Shown here piece by piece: positions 26,005 through 35,584 of a stretch of 50,743 nucleotides of DNA. Below the pieces are notes generated by a model. It searched no databases, was not told the DNA's origin, and worked only from the letters and a program-made list of their open reading frames with translations. The translations under genes were made by a program, and so were the position numbers. The DNA comes from an uncultured Dehalococcoidia bacterium (GTDB lineage Bacteria > Chloroflexota > Dehalococcoidia > SZUA-161). Location: assembly GCA_964449845.1 (NCBI GenBank), contig CAYVES010000003.1, forward strand, positions 1-50,743. The letters are read 5' to 3'. Numbering within the stretch: the first letter of the stretch is position 1; each line of letters starts with the position of its first letter.

Positions 26005-26048
26005 GTTGGTTGGAGGAAAGCGGTGCTCCAGAAGGAGGTTAGGGCAAG

Positions 26049-27716
26049 ATGAAAACCGATTTTCTGCTTGCCATTACTCAGTTAGCCGCGGAGAGAAACT
26101 TGCCCAAAGAGGTGGTCTTTGCAGCGGTTGAGACGGCATTGGTCACTGCTTTCAAGAAGGACGAGATCGGGGCGCGCCAAAACATCTCGGTGAAGATTCA
26201 CCCCGTTAGTGGTGATGTCAAGGTTTATACTACCAAGACTGTGGTGGAGGAGCCGACAGACACTTACCAGGAGCTATCGCTGGCGGAGGCTCGGAAGCTA
26301 AAAAAGGATGCCCAACTGGACGAAACGATTTCTTTTGAGACCACCTCTTTGCATGCTGGACGAATCGCGGCGCAAACCGCCAAGCAGGTAGTGCTGCAAC
26401 GTCTTCGGGAAGCTGAGCGCGAGTTTATCTTCGGGGAGTATATCGATCGAGAAGGGGATATTGTCAGCGGGTTAGTACAGCGGATAGAGCCTAGGCAAGT
26501 TGTCATTGACCTGGGCAAAGCTGAGGGTGTACTTCCTGCAGGTGAGCAGGTGCGGAATGAGCGTTACCGCGTGGGACAAAGGCTTAAACTCTATCTGCTG
26601 GAGGTAAATCGAACAAATAGGGGGCCACGTCTCATAATGTCGCGCTCGCACCCGAATCTGGTACGCCGCCTGTTCGAGCTGGAGGTCCCTGAGATTTACA
26701 GCGGTAACGTGGAGCTTAAGGGAGTTGCCCGGGAAGCTGGCTACCGCAGTAAGGTAGCGGTCGCAGCGAGGCTGGAGGGCCTGGACCCTGTAGGCTCCTG
26801 CGTTGGGCTGCGAGGTGTCAGGATCCAGAACGTAGTTAATGAGCTCAATGGCGAGCGGATAGATGTCATCCAGTGGGATGCCGAACCTAAGGTCTTGATT
26901 GCCAATGCGCTGAGCCCGGCTCAGGTAGTTAGCGTTGATATCAATGGAGAGGGAAATACCGCGGTGGTTGTTGTCCCTGATAGTCAACTTTCCCTGGCAA
27001 TTGGGAAGGAGGGACAGAACGCTAGGCTTGCCGCGCGGCTCACTGGCTGGAGGATTGATATAAAGAGCCTCAGCGCGGCTGAGGCGGAGAAAGCAACACT
27101 GGTACAAGAGAAGCCTGCAGTGCCCGGGGTGGAGCCGGCGGCGGCCGTTTTGACTGAGGAGGCAAAGAAACCCCCTGCTCTTGCTGTCTCTCGGGAGCAA
27201 TACGAGGTCGCTTTGGAACAACTTGGTCTTTCAGCGCGCACCTTCAACTTGCTGCTTGGAAGCGGCATTAGCAAGGTTGGACAACTTCTGGAGAAGGACG
27301 ATAAGGATTTACTTGGGCTGAAGGGCTTCGGCCAGAAGTCCCTGATCGAGGTGAAGGAGCGACTTGGAGATCTTGATCTGGGCGCTCCACCGCCGGAGGA
27401 GGTAGAACCGCCCTGGGGTGAAGTGGAGACAATCTCTGAGGAAGTATTGGAGCCGATAGAGGAAGTGGGGGAAGAGGTGGTTGAATTAGTTCCCTATGAA
27501 CCGACTCCCGAGGTGGTAGAGCCTTCTGAGAAGGCTCAAATCCGGTTTGCTGAGGATATCTTCGGCGCCAAGGCTGTTGGGGTTGAGAGCAAGAAGAAGG
27601 GTAGGAAGAAGAAGCCTTCCAGGGAGGAGAAGTTGGAGGATAGTAAGGCCCGGAGGCGCCCAAGGGCCGCCGTATCGGCCACGGCTGATGAGTACGAGGA
27701 TCTTTCGGAGGAGTGA
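26049..27716 (+). CDS. nusA: transcription termination/antitermination factor NusA, long form with HhH-type C-terminal extension and an acidic/basic tail
   Basis: 555 aa with NusA N-domain, S1 ([12 protein letters not shown]...) and KH1/KH2 (...[24 protein letters not shown]). The C-terminal region carries ...[14 protein letters not shown].... Confidence 0.93.
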   Translation: MKTDFLLAITQLAAERNLPKEVVFAAVETALVTAFKKDEIGARQNISVKIHPVSGDVKVYTTKTVVEEPTDTYQELSLAEARKLKKDAQLDETISFETTSLHAGRIAAQTAKQVVLQRLREAEREFIFGEYIDREGDIVSGLVQRIEPRQVVIDLGKAEGVLPAGEQVRNERYRVGQRLKLYLLEVNRTNRGPRLIMSRSHPNLVRRLFELEVPEIYSGNVELKGVAREAGYRSKVAVAARLEGLDPVGSCVGLRGVRIQNVVNELNGERIDVIQWDAEPKVLIANALSPAQVVSVDINGEGNTAVVVVPDSQLSLAIGKEGQNARLAARLTGWRIDIKSLSAAEAEKATLVQEKPAVPGVEPAAAVLTEEAKKPPALAVSREQYEVALEQLGLSARTFNLLLGSGISKVGQLLEKDDKDLLGLKGFGQKSLIEVKERLGDLDLGAPPPEEVEPPWGEVETISEEVLEPIEEVGEEVVELVPYEPTPEVVEPSEKAQIRFAEDIFGAKAVGVESKKKGRKKKPSREEKLEDSKARRRPRAAVSATADEYEDLSEE

Positions 27717-27726
27717 GAGTCAGTAG

Positions 27727-28041
27727 ATGACAAGGGCTCAGAAGCGTCCCAAACATGTACCGGAGCGCACTTGCATCGCTTGCAGGGAGAAAAGACCCAA
27801 GTGGGAGCTGGTGAGGGTTGTACGCACACCGCAGGGTGGTCTGGAGATAGACCCTAGGGGGAAGAAAGCGGGGCGAGGCGCATATCTTTGCAGGCGTCAG
27901 GAATGCTGGGAGAACGGATTGAAGGGAAAAAGGCTTCAGCACGCGCTGAGGTCTGAGATTGTGTCGGAGCAGCGTGCTGAGCTTACCGCGTATGGCAAAG
28001 CCCTGCCTAAACTCGTTGAGGAGAGGGAGATATCGCATTGA
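27727..28041 (+). CDS. ylxR: YlxR/RnpM family (DUF448) RNA-binding protein
   Basis: ...PERTCIACREKRPKWELVRVV...GRGAYLC..., 104 aa, between nusA and infB. Confidence 0.85.
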   Translation: MTRAQKRPKHVPERTCIACREKRPKWELVRVVRTPQGGLEIDPRGKKAGRGAYLCRRQECWENGLKGKRLQHALRSEIVSEQRAELTAYGKALPKLVEEREISH

Positions 28042-28066
28042 GCTTAGTGGTGAAGGAGCTTAGGGG

Positions 28067-29878
28067 ATGAAGCGAAAAGCCGGTAGTGATGAGGATGTTG
28101 TGATGAGCAAAGGCCAGGCTGTCGGCAGGGCAGAAGCTAAGACAGAGCTTGTTATTCCTCGTGCGCTGACAGTGAAGCAGTTGGCGGATCTTTTGGGAGT
28201 CAGCGGTATCGAGGTGATCAAGCACTTGATGCGAAATGGTATTATGGCCAACATCAATCAGGCTGTCGACTTCGACAGCGCGGCGATTGTCGCAACTGAC
28301 CTCGGCTATGAGGCTAAGGAGGAGCCGGAAGCTTCTGCGGAGACAGCTGAAAAGTACCGCTTTACCGGGGAGGATAGCGCAGCTCAAGAACCACGTCCTC
28401 CAGTAGTGACCATTATGGGACATGTTGACCACGGTAAAACCAAACTCCTGGATGCCATCCGGCAGACCAATGTCGTCGACAGCGAAGCTGGGAAAATCAC
28501 TCAGCACATAGGTGCCTACCAGGTCGAAATCCACGGTCAGAAGATCACCTTCCTGGACACTCCCGGGCATGAGGCCTTTACTGCGATGCGGGCTCGAGGG
28601 GCAAAGGTTACCGATATTGCGATTCTGGTTATTGCTGCTGATGACGGGGTGATGCCGCAGACGGTAGAGGCTATTGACCACGCCCGGGCCGCAGGGGTAC
28701 CCATCGTGGTGGCAATTAACAAGATCGATAAGCCAGACGCTAACCCGGATCGAGTCAAGCAGCAACTGGCTGATAACGGCCAACTCATTGAGGAGTGGGG
28801 TGGGGATGTCGTCTGTGTCCTGGTGTCTGCCAAACGGGGGGACGGTATCTCTGAGCTTCTGGAAAACCTGCTTATCGTGGCTGAGATTCAAGAGCTCAAG
28901 GCTGATCCCACACGGCCAGCTTTTGGGGCGGTCGTTGAAGCAAGCTTGGACAGTAGCAAAGGTGCTTTAGCTACAGTCTTGGTGCAGACAGGCACTCTCG
29001 ACATCGGCGATAATGTGGTGGTCGGTGAGACTTGGGGCAAGATAAGAGCGATGTTTGACGACAAAGGCAAACGGGTGAAGAAGTCTGGGCCGTCTATGCC
29101 TGTTGAGGTGTTGGGGCTGAACGGCGTCCCACAGGCGGGGGACTCCTTCGCTGTGGTCGGCAGCGAAAAGGAGGCGCGAGTCGAGGCACAGCAACGGCAA
29201 AGGGGGAGAGGAACAGTAAGCGCGTCCAGGGCTCCGAGGTTAAGCAACCTCTTCGCTCAAATTCAGGCAGGGCAGGTAAAGGAGCTTAACATTATTCTGA
29301 AGACTGATGTCCAGGGGAGCATTGACCCTATAAGGAGTTCTTTGGAGCGACTGGGGAGCGAGGATGTCAAGGTGAGGATTGTCCATTCAGGGAGCGGTAA
29401 CATTACCGAAAACGATGTCATGCTAGCTATTGCTTCCAAGGGAATTATCATTGGGTTTAACACCCGTCCAGAGCCTGGAGCGAAACTACTTGCTGACTCC
29501 GAGGGCGTTGATATCCGTTGCTACCAAGTGATATATAACGTGGTTGAGGATATTGAGAAGGCGCTCGCTGGGATGCTGGAGCCGACCTATGTGGATGTCG
29601 TGGAAGGTCATGCCGAGGTAAGGGCTGTCTTCAGTGTGAGGCAGGGCACGGTAGCGGGTACATATGTAACTGATGGGAAGTTGAGCCGTGGGGCACAGGC
29701 CAGGGTTCTGCGCAATGGTGAGTCTATCCACGAAGGGCCTATCTCGAGCCTGAAGCATTTCAAGGAAAACGTTCGGGATATAGCAGCCGGGTTTGAGTGT
29801 GGAATGGGTATCGAGGGCTTCTCGGAATTCGAGATGGGCGATATCATCGAGTCCTATAGAAGAGAGAAGACAGGCTGA
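28067..29878 (+). CDS. infB: translation initiation factor IF-2 (short N-terminus)
   Basis: [20 protein letters not shown] and NKIDK G-motifs; 603 aa. Confidence 0.95.
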   Translation: MKRKAGSDEDVVMSKGQAVGRAEAKTELVIPRALTVKQLADLLGVSGIEVIKHLMRNGIMANINQAVDFDSAAIVATDLGYEAKEEPEASAETAEKYRFTGEDSAAQEPRPPVVTIMGHVDHGKTKLLDAIRQTNVVDSEAGKITQHIGAYQVEIHGQKITFLDTPGHEAFTAMRARGAKVTDIAILVIAADDGVMPQTVEAIDHARAAGVPIVVAINKIDKPDANPDRVKQQLADNGQLIEEWGGDVVCVLVSAKRGDGISELLENLLIVAEIQELKADPTRPAFGAVVEASLDSSKGALATVLVQTGTLDIGDNVVVGETWGKIRAMFDDKGKRVKKSGPSMPVEVLGLNGVPQAGDSFAVVGSEKEARVEAQQRQRGRGTVSASRAPRLSNLFAQIQAGQVKELNIILKTDVQGSIDPIRSSLERLGSEDVKVRIVHSGSGNITENDVMLAIASKGIIIGFNTRPEPGAKLLADSEGVDIRCYQVIYNVVEDIEKALAGMLEPTYVDVVEGHAEVRAVFSVRQGTVAGTYVTDGKLSRGAQARVLRNGESIHEGPISSLKHFKENVRDIAAGFECGMGIEGFSEFEMGDIIESYRREKTG

Positions 29879-29900
29879 ACCTAATCAAGCTCGGGGTGAG

Positions 29901-30269
29901 ATGAGTACTCGGCGCATAGCCAGGGTCAATGACCTTATACGCAAGGAGATAAGCGAGCTGCTCATGCACGAGATCAGGGATCCCAGGCTTGGCGGTTTGT
30001 TGAGTGTAACCGAAGTAGATACTTCCCCTGACCTGCGGCATGCCAAGGTTTTTGTCAGCGTTATGGGCTCCGGGGAGGAGAAGAGGCAGGTAGAAGAAGG
30101 GCTCGCCGCAGCCTCTGGGTTTCTGCGTCGTAGCTTGGGCGAGCGTCTTTCGTTGCGGTATATTCCCCAGCTAAACTTCCAAAGAGATGAGTCTATTGAG
30201 CGGGGGAGTCATCTTCTTGAATTGATCGAAGAGGTGGTTCCTAGTGACAGCCCTGGTGAAGTAGACTAG
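29901..30269 (+). CDS. rbfA: ribosome-binding factor A
   Basis: MSTRRIARVNDLIRKEISELL...DPRL...VTEV..S.DL..AKV. I prefer ATG 29901 to the track start inside infB. Confidence 0.9.
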   Translation: MSTRRIARVNDLIRKEISELLMHEIRDPRLGGLLSVTEVDTSPDLRHAKVFVSVMGSGEEKRQVEEGLAAASGFLRRSLGERLSLRYIPQLNFQRDESIERGSHLLELIEEVVPSDSPGEVD

Positions 30270-30271
30270 AG

Positions 30272-31180
30272 GTGGCTATTGACGGAATCCTGAACCTGGA
30301 CAAGCCCAGAGGCAAAACCTCTTTTGAAGTTGTCGCTGCTGTCAAGAGGTTGAGTGGGGAGCGGAGGGTAGGGCATGGGGGGACCCTGGACCCTGAAGCT
30401 ACAGGCGTGCTGCCGATTTGTCTTGGGCAGGCGACGAGGTTGGTTGAGTTCTTGGTTGAGGCCAAGAAGACTTATCGCGCTGAGATCGGGCTAGGCATAT
30501 CTACGGATACGTATGATGCCACTGGCAAGGTTACTGGGAGGGGCGATACCTCGGTACTAACCAGGGGAGAGGTCGAGGCGGCCACGGCATCTTTCAGCGG
30601 GCTTGTAAAGCAGGTCCCACCGATGTACAGCGCAGTCAAACACCAGGGCATACCTCTCTACCGGTGGGCTCGGGCTGGAGTCGAAGTACCGAGAGCAGCC
30701 AGGGAGGTTGAGTTCTCTCGCATCAGGATATTAGAATGGCAACCTCCTTTACTCACTTTGGAGGTGGAATGCAGCAAGGGGGCTTATATCCGCTCATTGG
30801 CCCATGACCTGGGGGAAAAGCTGGGGTGCGGTGCCCATCTCAGAAACCTGGTCCGCCTTAGCAGCGGACCTTTCTCTATAAGCGACGCAGTCACTATGTC
30901 ACAGATTGATGATGCTTTCAGGGAAGGATGGTGGTCCGAGCTTATCCATTCTATCGATGTGGCTGTTCTTCATTTGCCAGCCATGACGGTGGGTGATGAC
31001 GATGAGCGCGCGATAATTAACGGACGTCCGTTGGACCTGGGACAGGAAGAAGAGCCCTCGGGAGCACTGCGTCGGGCTTATTCCAATGATGGGCGCTTTG
31101 TCGCCATACTTCGCTATGATGAGGACCGACGCTGCTGGCAGCCACGGAAGGTTTTTGCAAAAGGGAGCAGCAAAGCTTGA
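30272..31180 (+). CDS. truB: tRNA pseudouridine(55) synthase
   Basis: GILNLDKPRGKTSFEVV...GHGGTLDPEATGVLPI...; 302 aa, GTG start. Confidence 0.92.
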   Translation: MAIDGILNLDKPRGKTSFEVVAAVKRLSGERRVGHGGTLDPEATGVLPICLGQATRLVEFLVEAKKTYRAEIGLGISTDTYDATGKVTGRGDTSVLTRGEVEAATASFSGLVKQVPPMYSAVKHQGIPLYRWARAGVEVPRAAREVEFSRIRILEWQPPLLTLEVECSKGAYIRSLAHDLGEKLGCGAHLRNLVRLSSGPFSISDAVTMSQIDDAFREGWWSELIHSIDVAVLHLPAMTVGDDDERAIINGRPLDLGQEEEPSGALRRAYSNDGRFVAILRYDEDRRCWQPRKVFAKGSSKA

Positions 31181-31206
31181 CATTTGCTATTTTGCATGTG
31201 TATAGT
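31177..31206 (+). promoter_or_regulatory. sigma70-like promoter for the small DUF5679 gene
   Basis: TTGACA (31177-31182), 18-nt spacer, TATAGT (31201-31206). It overlaps the truB stop. Confidence 0.45.
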
Positions 31207-31233
31207 CTTTAGGACTAGAAAGGGGGTGATCAA

Positions 31234-31374
31234 GTGCAGGCGTATTGCTTCAAATGCAGAAAGAAGGTTGACATTCAGGACGCGAAGCAAGTTACACTTA
31301 AGAATGGCAAGCCTGCGACAAGAGGCAGGTGCGGTAAATGCGGGACAACGGTATTTAGAATCGGAAAAGGCTAG
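31234..31374 (+). CDS. small zinc-ribbon protein, DUF5679-like (46 aa, not in the ORF track)
   Basis: GTG 31234 follows AAAGGGGG. It translates to (M)QAYCFKCRKKVDIQDAKQVTLKNGKPATRGRCGKCGTTVFRIGKG with two CxxC pairs, stop TAG 31372-31374. The track's 31184-31381 ORF is the wrong frame. Confidence 0.7.
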   Translation: MQAYCFKCRKKVDIQDAKQVTLKNGKPATRGRCGKCGTTVFRIGKG

Positions 31375-31402
31375 GTGTTGAGTCACCGGATTTCGCTACA
31401 GC

Positions 31403-32065
31403 TCACTTTGAGAGCAGCTTGATGATAAGGGCGAGTGGGTTGTGTTGGAGTGTATCTGCAATTTCATTGTTGGTAAGCGCGGCGCTTTTGGCAATAGAAT
31501 GGGCTAGCTTGGGAGTGAGTAGGTCGAGCTCGCTGTGTGCGTCCGAGTTGACGAGGAGCTTTGCTCCGGCTAGGCGAGCAACCTGGGCAACATGTTTGTT
31601 AGTCGAAGAGTGTTGTTTCCTCGCGGTGATTTCGAGGTAGATGTCGTTGGCAGTTGCAAGTTTTGCTTCTTCGAGAGTTATTAATCCTGGATGTGCCAAG
31701 ATATCGACGTGTGGGCATCTTACCGCGGCCAAGTTGGTCCCTGGCTCAACAGACTCGGTGGTTGTTTCACCATGAACCACCACAAGCTTCGCCCCCATTT
31801 CTTTGGCTGCCTTTGCGGTTTCGGCGATCGCTGCTGCTGGGAGATGGGTGAGTTCAACGCCAGGGATGGCGGTGATTCCCCAGTGTTTTTGGGCCAGGGC
31901 GCAATCCGCGCTAATCTCGGTGATCAGCCTTTGTAGGTATCCGATACCGACATGGTCAGTTATTCCAATAGCGCAGTAATCATTGATGAGCGCCCTTCTC
32001 ACTAGTTCCAGTGGTGATAGGGCGCCATCGCTTATACAAGTGTGGGTATGGAAATCATAAACCAT
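31403..32065 (-). CDS. PHP-domain (histidinol-phosphatase-like) metal-dependent phosphoesterase
   Basis: MVYDFHTHTCISDG..., ...GITDHV..., ...VVHGE..., ...NSDAHS... metal ligand pattern. I prefer ATG 32065 to the TTG at 32107. Confidence 0.7.
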   Translation of the reverse strand: MVYDFHTHTCISDGALSPLELVRRALINDYCAIGITDHVGIGYLQRLITEISADCALAQKHWGITAIPGVELTHLPAAAIAETAKAAKEMGAKLVVVHGETTTESVEPGTNLAAVRCPHVDILAHPGLITLEEAKLATANDIYLEITARKQHSSTNKHVAQVARLAGAKLLVNSDAHSELDLLTPKLAHSIAKSAALTNNEIADTLQHNPLALIIKLLSK

Positions 32066-32146
32066 TTCGGCGGCGTTAAGAATAGCATAAGGTTCTCCCT
32101 TAAGCAAGTCCGCCTTCGTACTGCCTGAGGAAAGGAGCGCTAGAAC

Positions 32147-33277
32147 TTGGGTAAGATAAATGTGGCCATAATTGGGGTTGGAAACTGCGCCTCATCATTA
32201 GTTCAAGGGGTGTATTACTATCGGAGCGCTTCTGAGGACAATTTCGTGCCCGGGCTGATGCATGTCAATCTGGGTGGCTATCATGTAGGAGATATTAACT
32301 TCGTAGCTGCCTTCGATATAGATCGCAACAAGGTGGGCAAGGATCTATCTGAGGCCATATCAGCCCCGCCAAATAATACCATCGAGTTCTGCGATGTTCC
32401 CCCCACCGGGGTGGTGGTAGAAAGGGGTATGACCCATGACGGGCTGGGGAAATACCTTTCTCAGATTATAACCAAGGCACCGGGCTCCACTGCGGAGATC
32501 GTCAAGATCCTCAAAGATAAAGAGACCGATGTCGTAGTGAGTTACCTCCCTGTAGGCAGTGAGGAGGCCACCAAGTGGTATGTGGAGCAGGTCCTCGCTG
32601 CAGGATGCGGCTTCATCAATTGTGTCCCAGTGTTTATTGCTCGCGAGAAATACTGGCAAAACCGTTTTAAGGATGCAGGTTTGCCGGTGGTTGGTGATGA
32701 CATCAAATCTCAGGTGGGCGCAACCATTACCCATCGGGTGCTCACCAGACTTTTCCGCGAGCGCGGAGTCAAGCTGGAGAGGACATACCAGCTGAACTTC
32801 GGGGGCAACACTGATTTCTACAACATGCTTGAACGGGAGCGATTAGAGTCGAAGAAGATATCCAAGACAAATGCAGTAACTTCTCAACTTGACTATGACC
32901 TTGGCCCAGGGAATATCCATATCGGCCCCAGCGACCATGTACCCTGGCTGGATGACCGGAAGTGGTGCTACCTTCGGATGGAAGGGCGCACATTTGGCGA
33001 TGTGCCGCTGAATTTGGAGCTTAAGCTGGAGGTGTGGGATAGCCCTAACTCGGCAGGAGTGGTCATTGATGCCATAAGGTGCTGCAAACTGGCTTTGGAC
33101 AGGGGCCTCAGTGGGACTCTTGAGGGCCCCTCTGCGTACTTCATGAAATCCCCTGCAGTCCAGTACACAGATGAGGAGGCTCGAAAGGCGACCGAGGAGT
33201 TCATTGCCGGCAACCAAGCCGCAGGGTCAAGGAGCGCCGCTGGCGGCACAGTGAAAAAGAAGCGAAAACAGCAATAA
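32147..33277 (+). CDS. ino1: myo-inositol-1-phosphate (inositol-3-phosphate) synthase, short prokaryotic type
   Basis: ...[22 protein letters not shown]..., 376 aa, typical actinobacterial/archaeal MIPS N-terminus. Confidence 0.85.
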   Translation: MGKINVAIIGVGNCASSLVQGVYYYRSASEDNFVPGLMHVNLGGYHVGDINFVAAFDIDRNKVGKDLSEAISAPPNNTIEFCDVPPTGVVVERGMTHDGLGKYLSQIITKAPGSTAEIVKILKDKETDVVVSYLPVGSEEATKWYVEQVLAAGCGFINCVPVFIAREKYWQNRFKDAGLPVVGDDIKSQVGATITHRVLTRLFRERGVKLERTYQLNFGGNTDFYNMLERERLESKKISKTNAVTSQLDYDLGPGNIHIGPSDHVPWLDDRKWCYLRMEGRTFGDVPLNLELKLEVWDSPNSAGVVIDAIRCCKLALDRGLSGTLEGPSAYFMKSPAVQYTDEEARKATEEFIAGNQAAGSRSAAGGTVKKKRKQQ

Positions 33278-33284
33278 GGAAACT

Positions 33285-34484
33285 ATGAAGATAGCCCTGG
33301 TTTCCCCTTACGATTATGCTTACACCGGCGGGGTGAATATCCATATCTCCCGTCTCGAGGAGAATTTCACCCGCATGGGACATGAGGTGAAGATTATTGC
33401 TCCCTCCTCTAAACCTCGGGAGACTCGGGAAAATGGAGATATCATTGTCTTTGGCAGACCAGTGCCGATTCATGCCAGCGGCTCCGTTGTCCGCAGCCCC
33501 GTATCGCCGGGACTGGTTTTCTCCAACGGTATCAGGGATATGCTTAGACGAGAGAGGTTCGACGTTATCCATATCCATGAGCCCTTGATGCCCACACTAG
33601 CCACCGCTGTGTTGCATCATGCATCGCAGGAACTCACCGTGGGCACATTTCATGCCTGTCGCAGCAGAAGTTGGGGCTATTCTTTCTGGAAACCGATATG
33701 TCTCAACCGCTGGTTCAACAAGCTCGATGGCAGAATAGCGGTGTCCTTCGCAGCAATGGAGTTTGTCAGCAGGTATTTCCCGGGTGATTACGCCATAATT
33801 CCCAACGGCATTGACCTTCCACACTTTTCTCGTCCGGTGACGCCGCTTGAGCGATTCTGCGATGGCAAGTTGAACATCCTGTTTGTCGGTAGGATGGAGA
33901 AAAGAAAGGGTTTCAAGTACTTGCTTGGGGCCTATGAGAAAGTCAAAAGGGAGCTGCCTCAATGTCGGCTTATCGTGGTCGGCCCTGAGGATCGCTCGTA
34001 TCGGAAGTATCAAAGGCTTGCTGCCAAACGTAATCTAGAAGACGTTGTTTTCACTGGTTACGTATCTTATGAGGACCTGCCTCGTTACTACAAAAGCGCT
34101 GATATCTTCTGTTCACCTGCAACCGGCTGGGAGAGCTTCGGACTGGTGTTGCTGGAGGCGATGGCTGCTGGAAAGCCAACCATCGCCTCGGATATTCCAG
34201 GCTATGCCGCTGTTATCAATCATGGTGTTGATGGCTTGCTAGTGAAGCCTCGGGATGAGAAAGCGCTTGCCAGTGCTATCCTTCAGTTGCTACGGGATGG
34301 GCCGCTGAGGGAAAGAATGGGGGAGATGGGTAAGGCGGAGGTTGGTAGTTATAGCTGGGAGAGAGTTGCCCAGCAGGTAATGAATTATTACCAGGAGCTG
34401 CTGAGAAGTCGCTCCGGGGTGATTAGTGAGGAAATCCCCACAGCTCGCCAGGGCTCGGCGTTCCTTGGCTCTGCGCGTCGATAG
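33285..34484 (+). CDS. GT4 glycosyltransferase, PimA-like (phosphatidylinositol mannosyltransferase-like)
   Basis: MKIALVSPYDYAYTGGVNIHISRLEENFTRMGHEVKIIAPSS resembles the PimA N-terminus. C-terminal E..G.V.LEAMAAGKP motif is present. Confidence 0.75.
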   Translation: MKIALVSPYDYAYTGGVNIHISRLEENFTRMGHEVKIIAPSSKPRETRENGDIIVFGRPVPIHASGSVVRSPVSPGLVFSNGIRDMLRRERFDVIHIHEPLMPTLATAVLHHASQELTVGTFHACRSRSWGYSFWKPICLNRWFNKLDGRIAVSFAAMEFVSRYFPGDYAIIPNGIDLPHFSRPVTPLERFCDGKLNILFVGRMEKRKGFKYLLGAYEKVKRELPQCRLIVVGPEDRSYRKYQRLAAKRNLEDVVFTGYVSYEDLPRYYKSADIFCSPATGWESFGLVLLEAMAAGKPTIASDIPGYAAVINHGVDGLLVKPRDEKALASAILQLLRDGPLRERMGEMGKAEVGSYSWERVAQQVMNYYQELLRSRSGVISEEIPTARQGSAFLGSARR

Positions 34485-35022
34485 GTTCCCCGCGAAGTTG
34501 CTGGCCAAAACGGGGCTGAGCCCTAATGCTCTAACTGTTTTGGGCTTAATGCTGGCTGTTGGAGTGGCCTGGATACTGGCTGCGGGCCACTTTTTTCTGG
34601 GCGGTTTTCTGGTGCTACTCTCGGGGGCTTTCGATCTACTTGATGGGGCAGTGGCTCGCGCCAGCGGGCGCAGCTCCCGGTTTGGTGCTCTGCTCGATTC
34701 CACCTTCGACCGCTTCTCGGAGGCGGCGCTGTTCCTGGGCTTGTTGGCCTATTACGCAAATCAAGGCTCCTATCAAGAGCTGGTGCTGGTTGGCGCTGCC
34801 CTGGTGGGATCGATGATGACGAGCTATGTCAGGGCAAGGGCTGAAGGACTGGGGCTGACGTGTGAGGTTGGGATATTTACCCGTCCTGAAAGGGTTATCG
34901 TGCTGGCAATCGGCCTCATCTTCAATCAGATGCTGGTGGTATTGTGGATAATAGCGGTGCTCGCCAATCTAATCGCGTGGCAGCGCTTGTTCTATGTATG
35001 GCAGCAGGTGAGGAAGAGATAG
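34426..35022 (+). CDS. CDP-alcohol phosphatidyltransferase (phosphatidylinositol-phosphate synthase-like)
   Basis: DLLDGAVARASGRSSRFGALLDSTFDRFSEA matches the D-G-x2-A-R-x8-G-x3-D-x3-D signature. The true start may be TTG 34465. It overlaps the GT4 gene end. Confidence 0.85.
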   Translation: MRKSPQLARARRSLALRVDRFPAKLLAKTGLSPNALTVLGLMLAVGVAWILAAGHFFLGGFLVLLSGAFDLLDGAVARASGRSSRFGALLDSTFDRFSEAALFLGLLAYYANQGSYQELVLVGAALVGSMMTSYVRARAEGLGLTCEVGIFTRPERVIVLAIGLIFNQMLVVLWIIAVLANLIAWQRLFYVWQQVRKR

Positions 35023-35201
35023 AACTGTGAAGTCTTGCGCGAACCTCCCAGGCTTTCTGCTGGTATGGAAATCTCGAACAGTCCGTAGACGCGGAAGGCG
35101 CTGATAGCTTTCAAGCGGTAAGCTATAAGGAGAAGCTGTTTCTCTATCGGGTCAGGCGAACAGTCTCATTTGCGACAAGACAACTAGGAAAGGAGTGAAT
35201 A

Positions 35202-35459
35202 ATGGGTGACTTTCTATCATTCAGGAAGATGATTACGCCGGTTTTCATCCAGGTCATATTCTGGATAGGCGTCGCAGCAGCCATAATTGCTGGCATTGTG
35301 GTCTTGGTAGCTGCGGATGAGGTCGGCGCGAGGTTGTTTGGGCTATTGTATATTATTCTTGGTCCGCTTTACTGGAGGGTGGTCTGCGAGCTACTCATCC
35401 TGCTTTTCCGCATGAATGCAACCCTCACTGATATCAAGAACAATACTGAACGGAAGTAA
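35202..35459 (+). CDS. DUF4282-like small membrane protein
   Basis: 85 aa; MGDFLSFRKMITPVFIQVIFWIGV... and two hydrophobic helices. RBS GGAAAGGAG is upstream. Confidence 0.6.
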   Translation: MGDFLSFRKMITPVFIQVIFWIGVAAAIIAGIVVLVAADEVGARLFGLLYIILGPLYWRVVCELLILLFRMNATLTDIKNNTERK

Positions 35460-35584
35460 AGCTGGGCGCTCTTAGTCCACAGGAAATTTGCGGTTCGACA
35501 GTATGATTCTATCCTGTGTTGATTGTTTTTGTCTAAGCGAGGCGTATTTCTCAACAGACATTCCCGCTTGCCAGAGCATGTCCC

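Noticed and set aside
31184-31381. Track ORF of 65 aa (MLFCMCIVFRTRKG...).
   Set aside because: A different frame over the same DNA encodes a clean two-CxxC zinc-ribbon protein with a good RBS and promoter. The track frame is Arg-rich and has no RBS.
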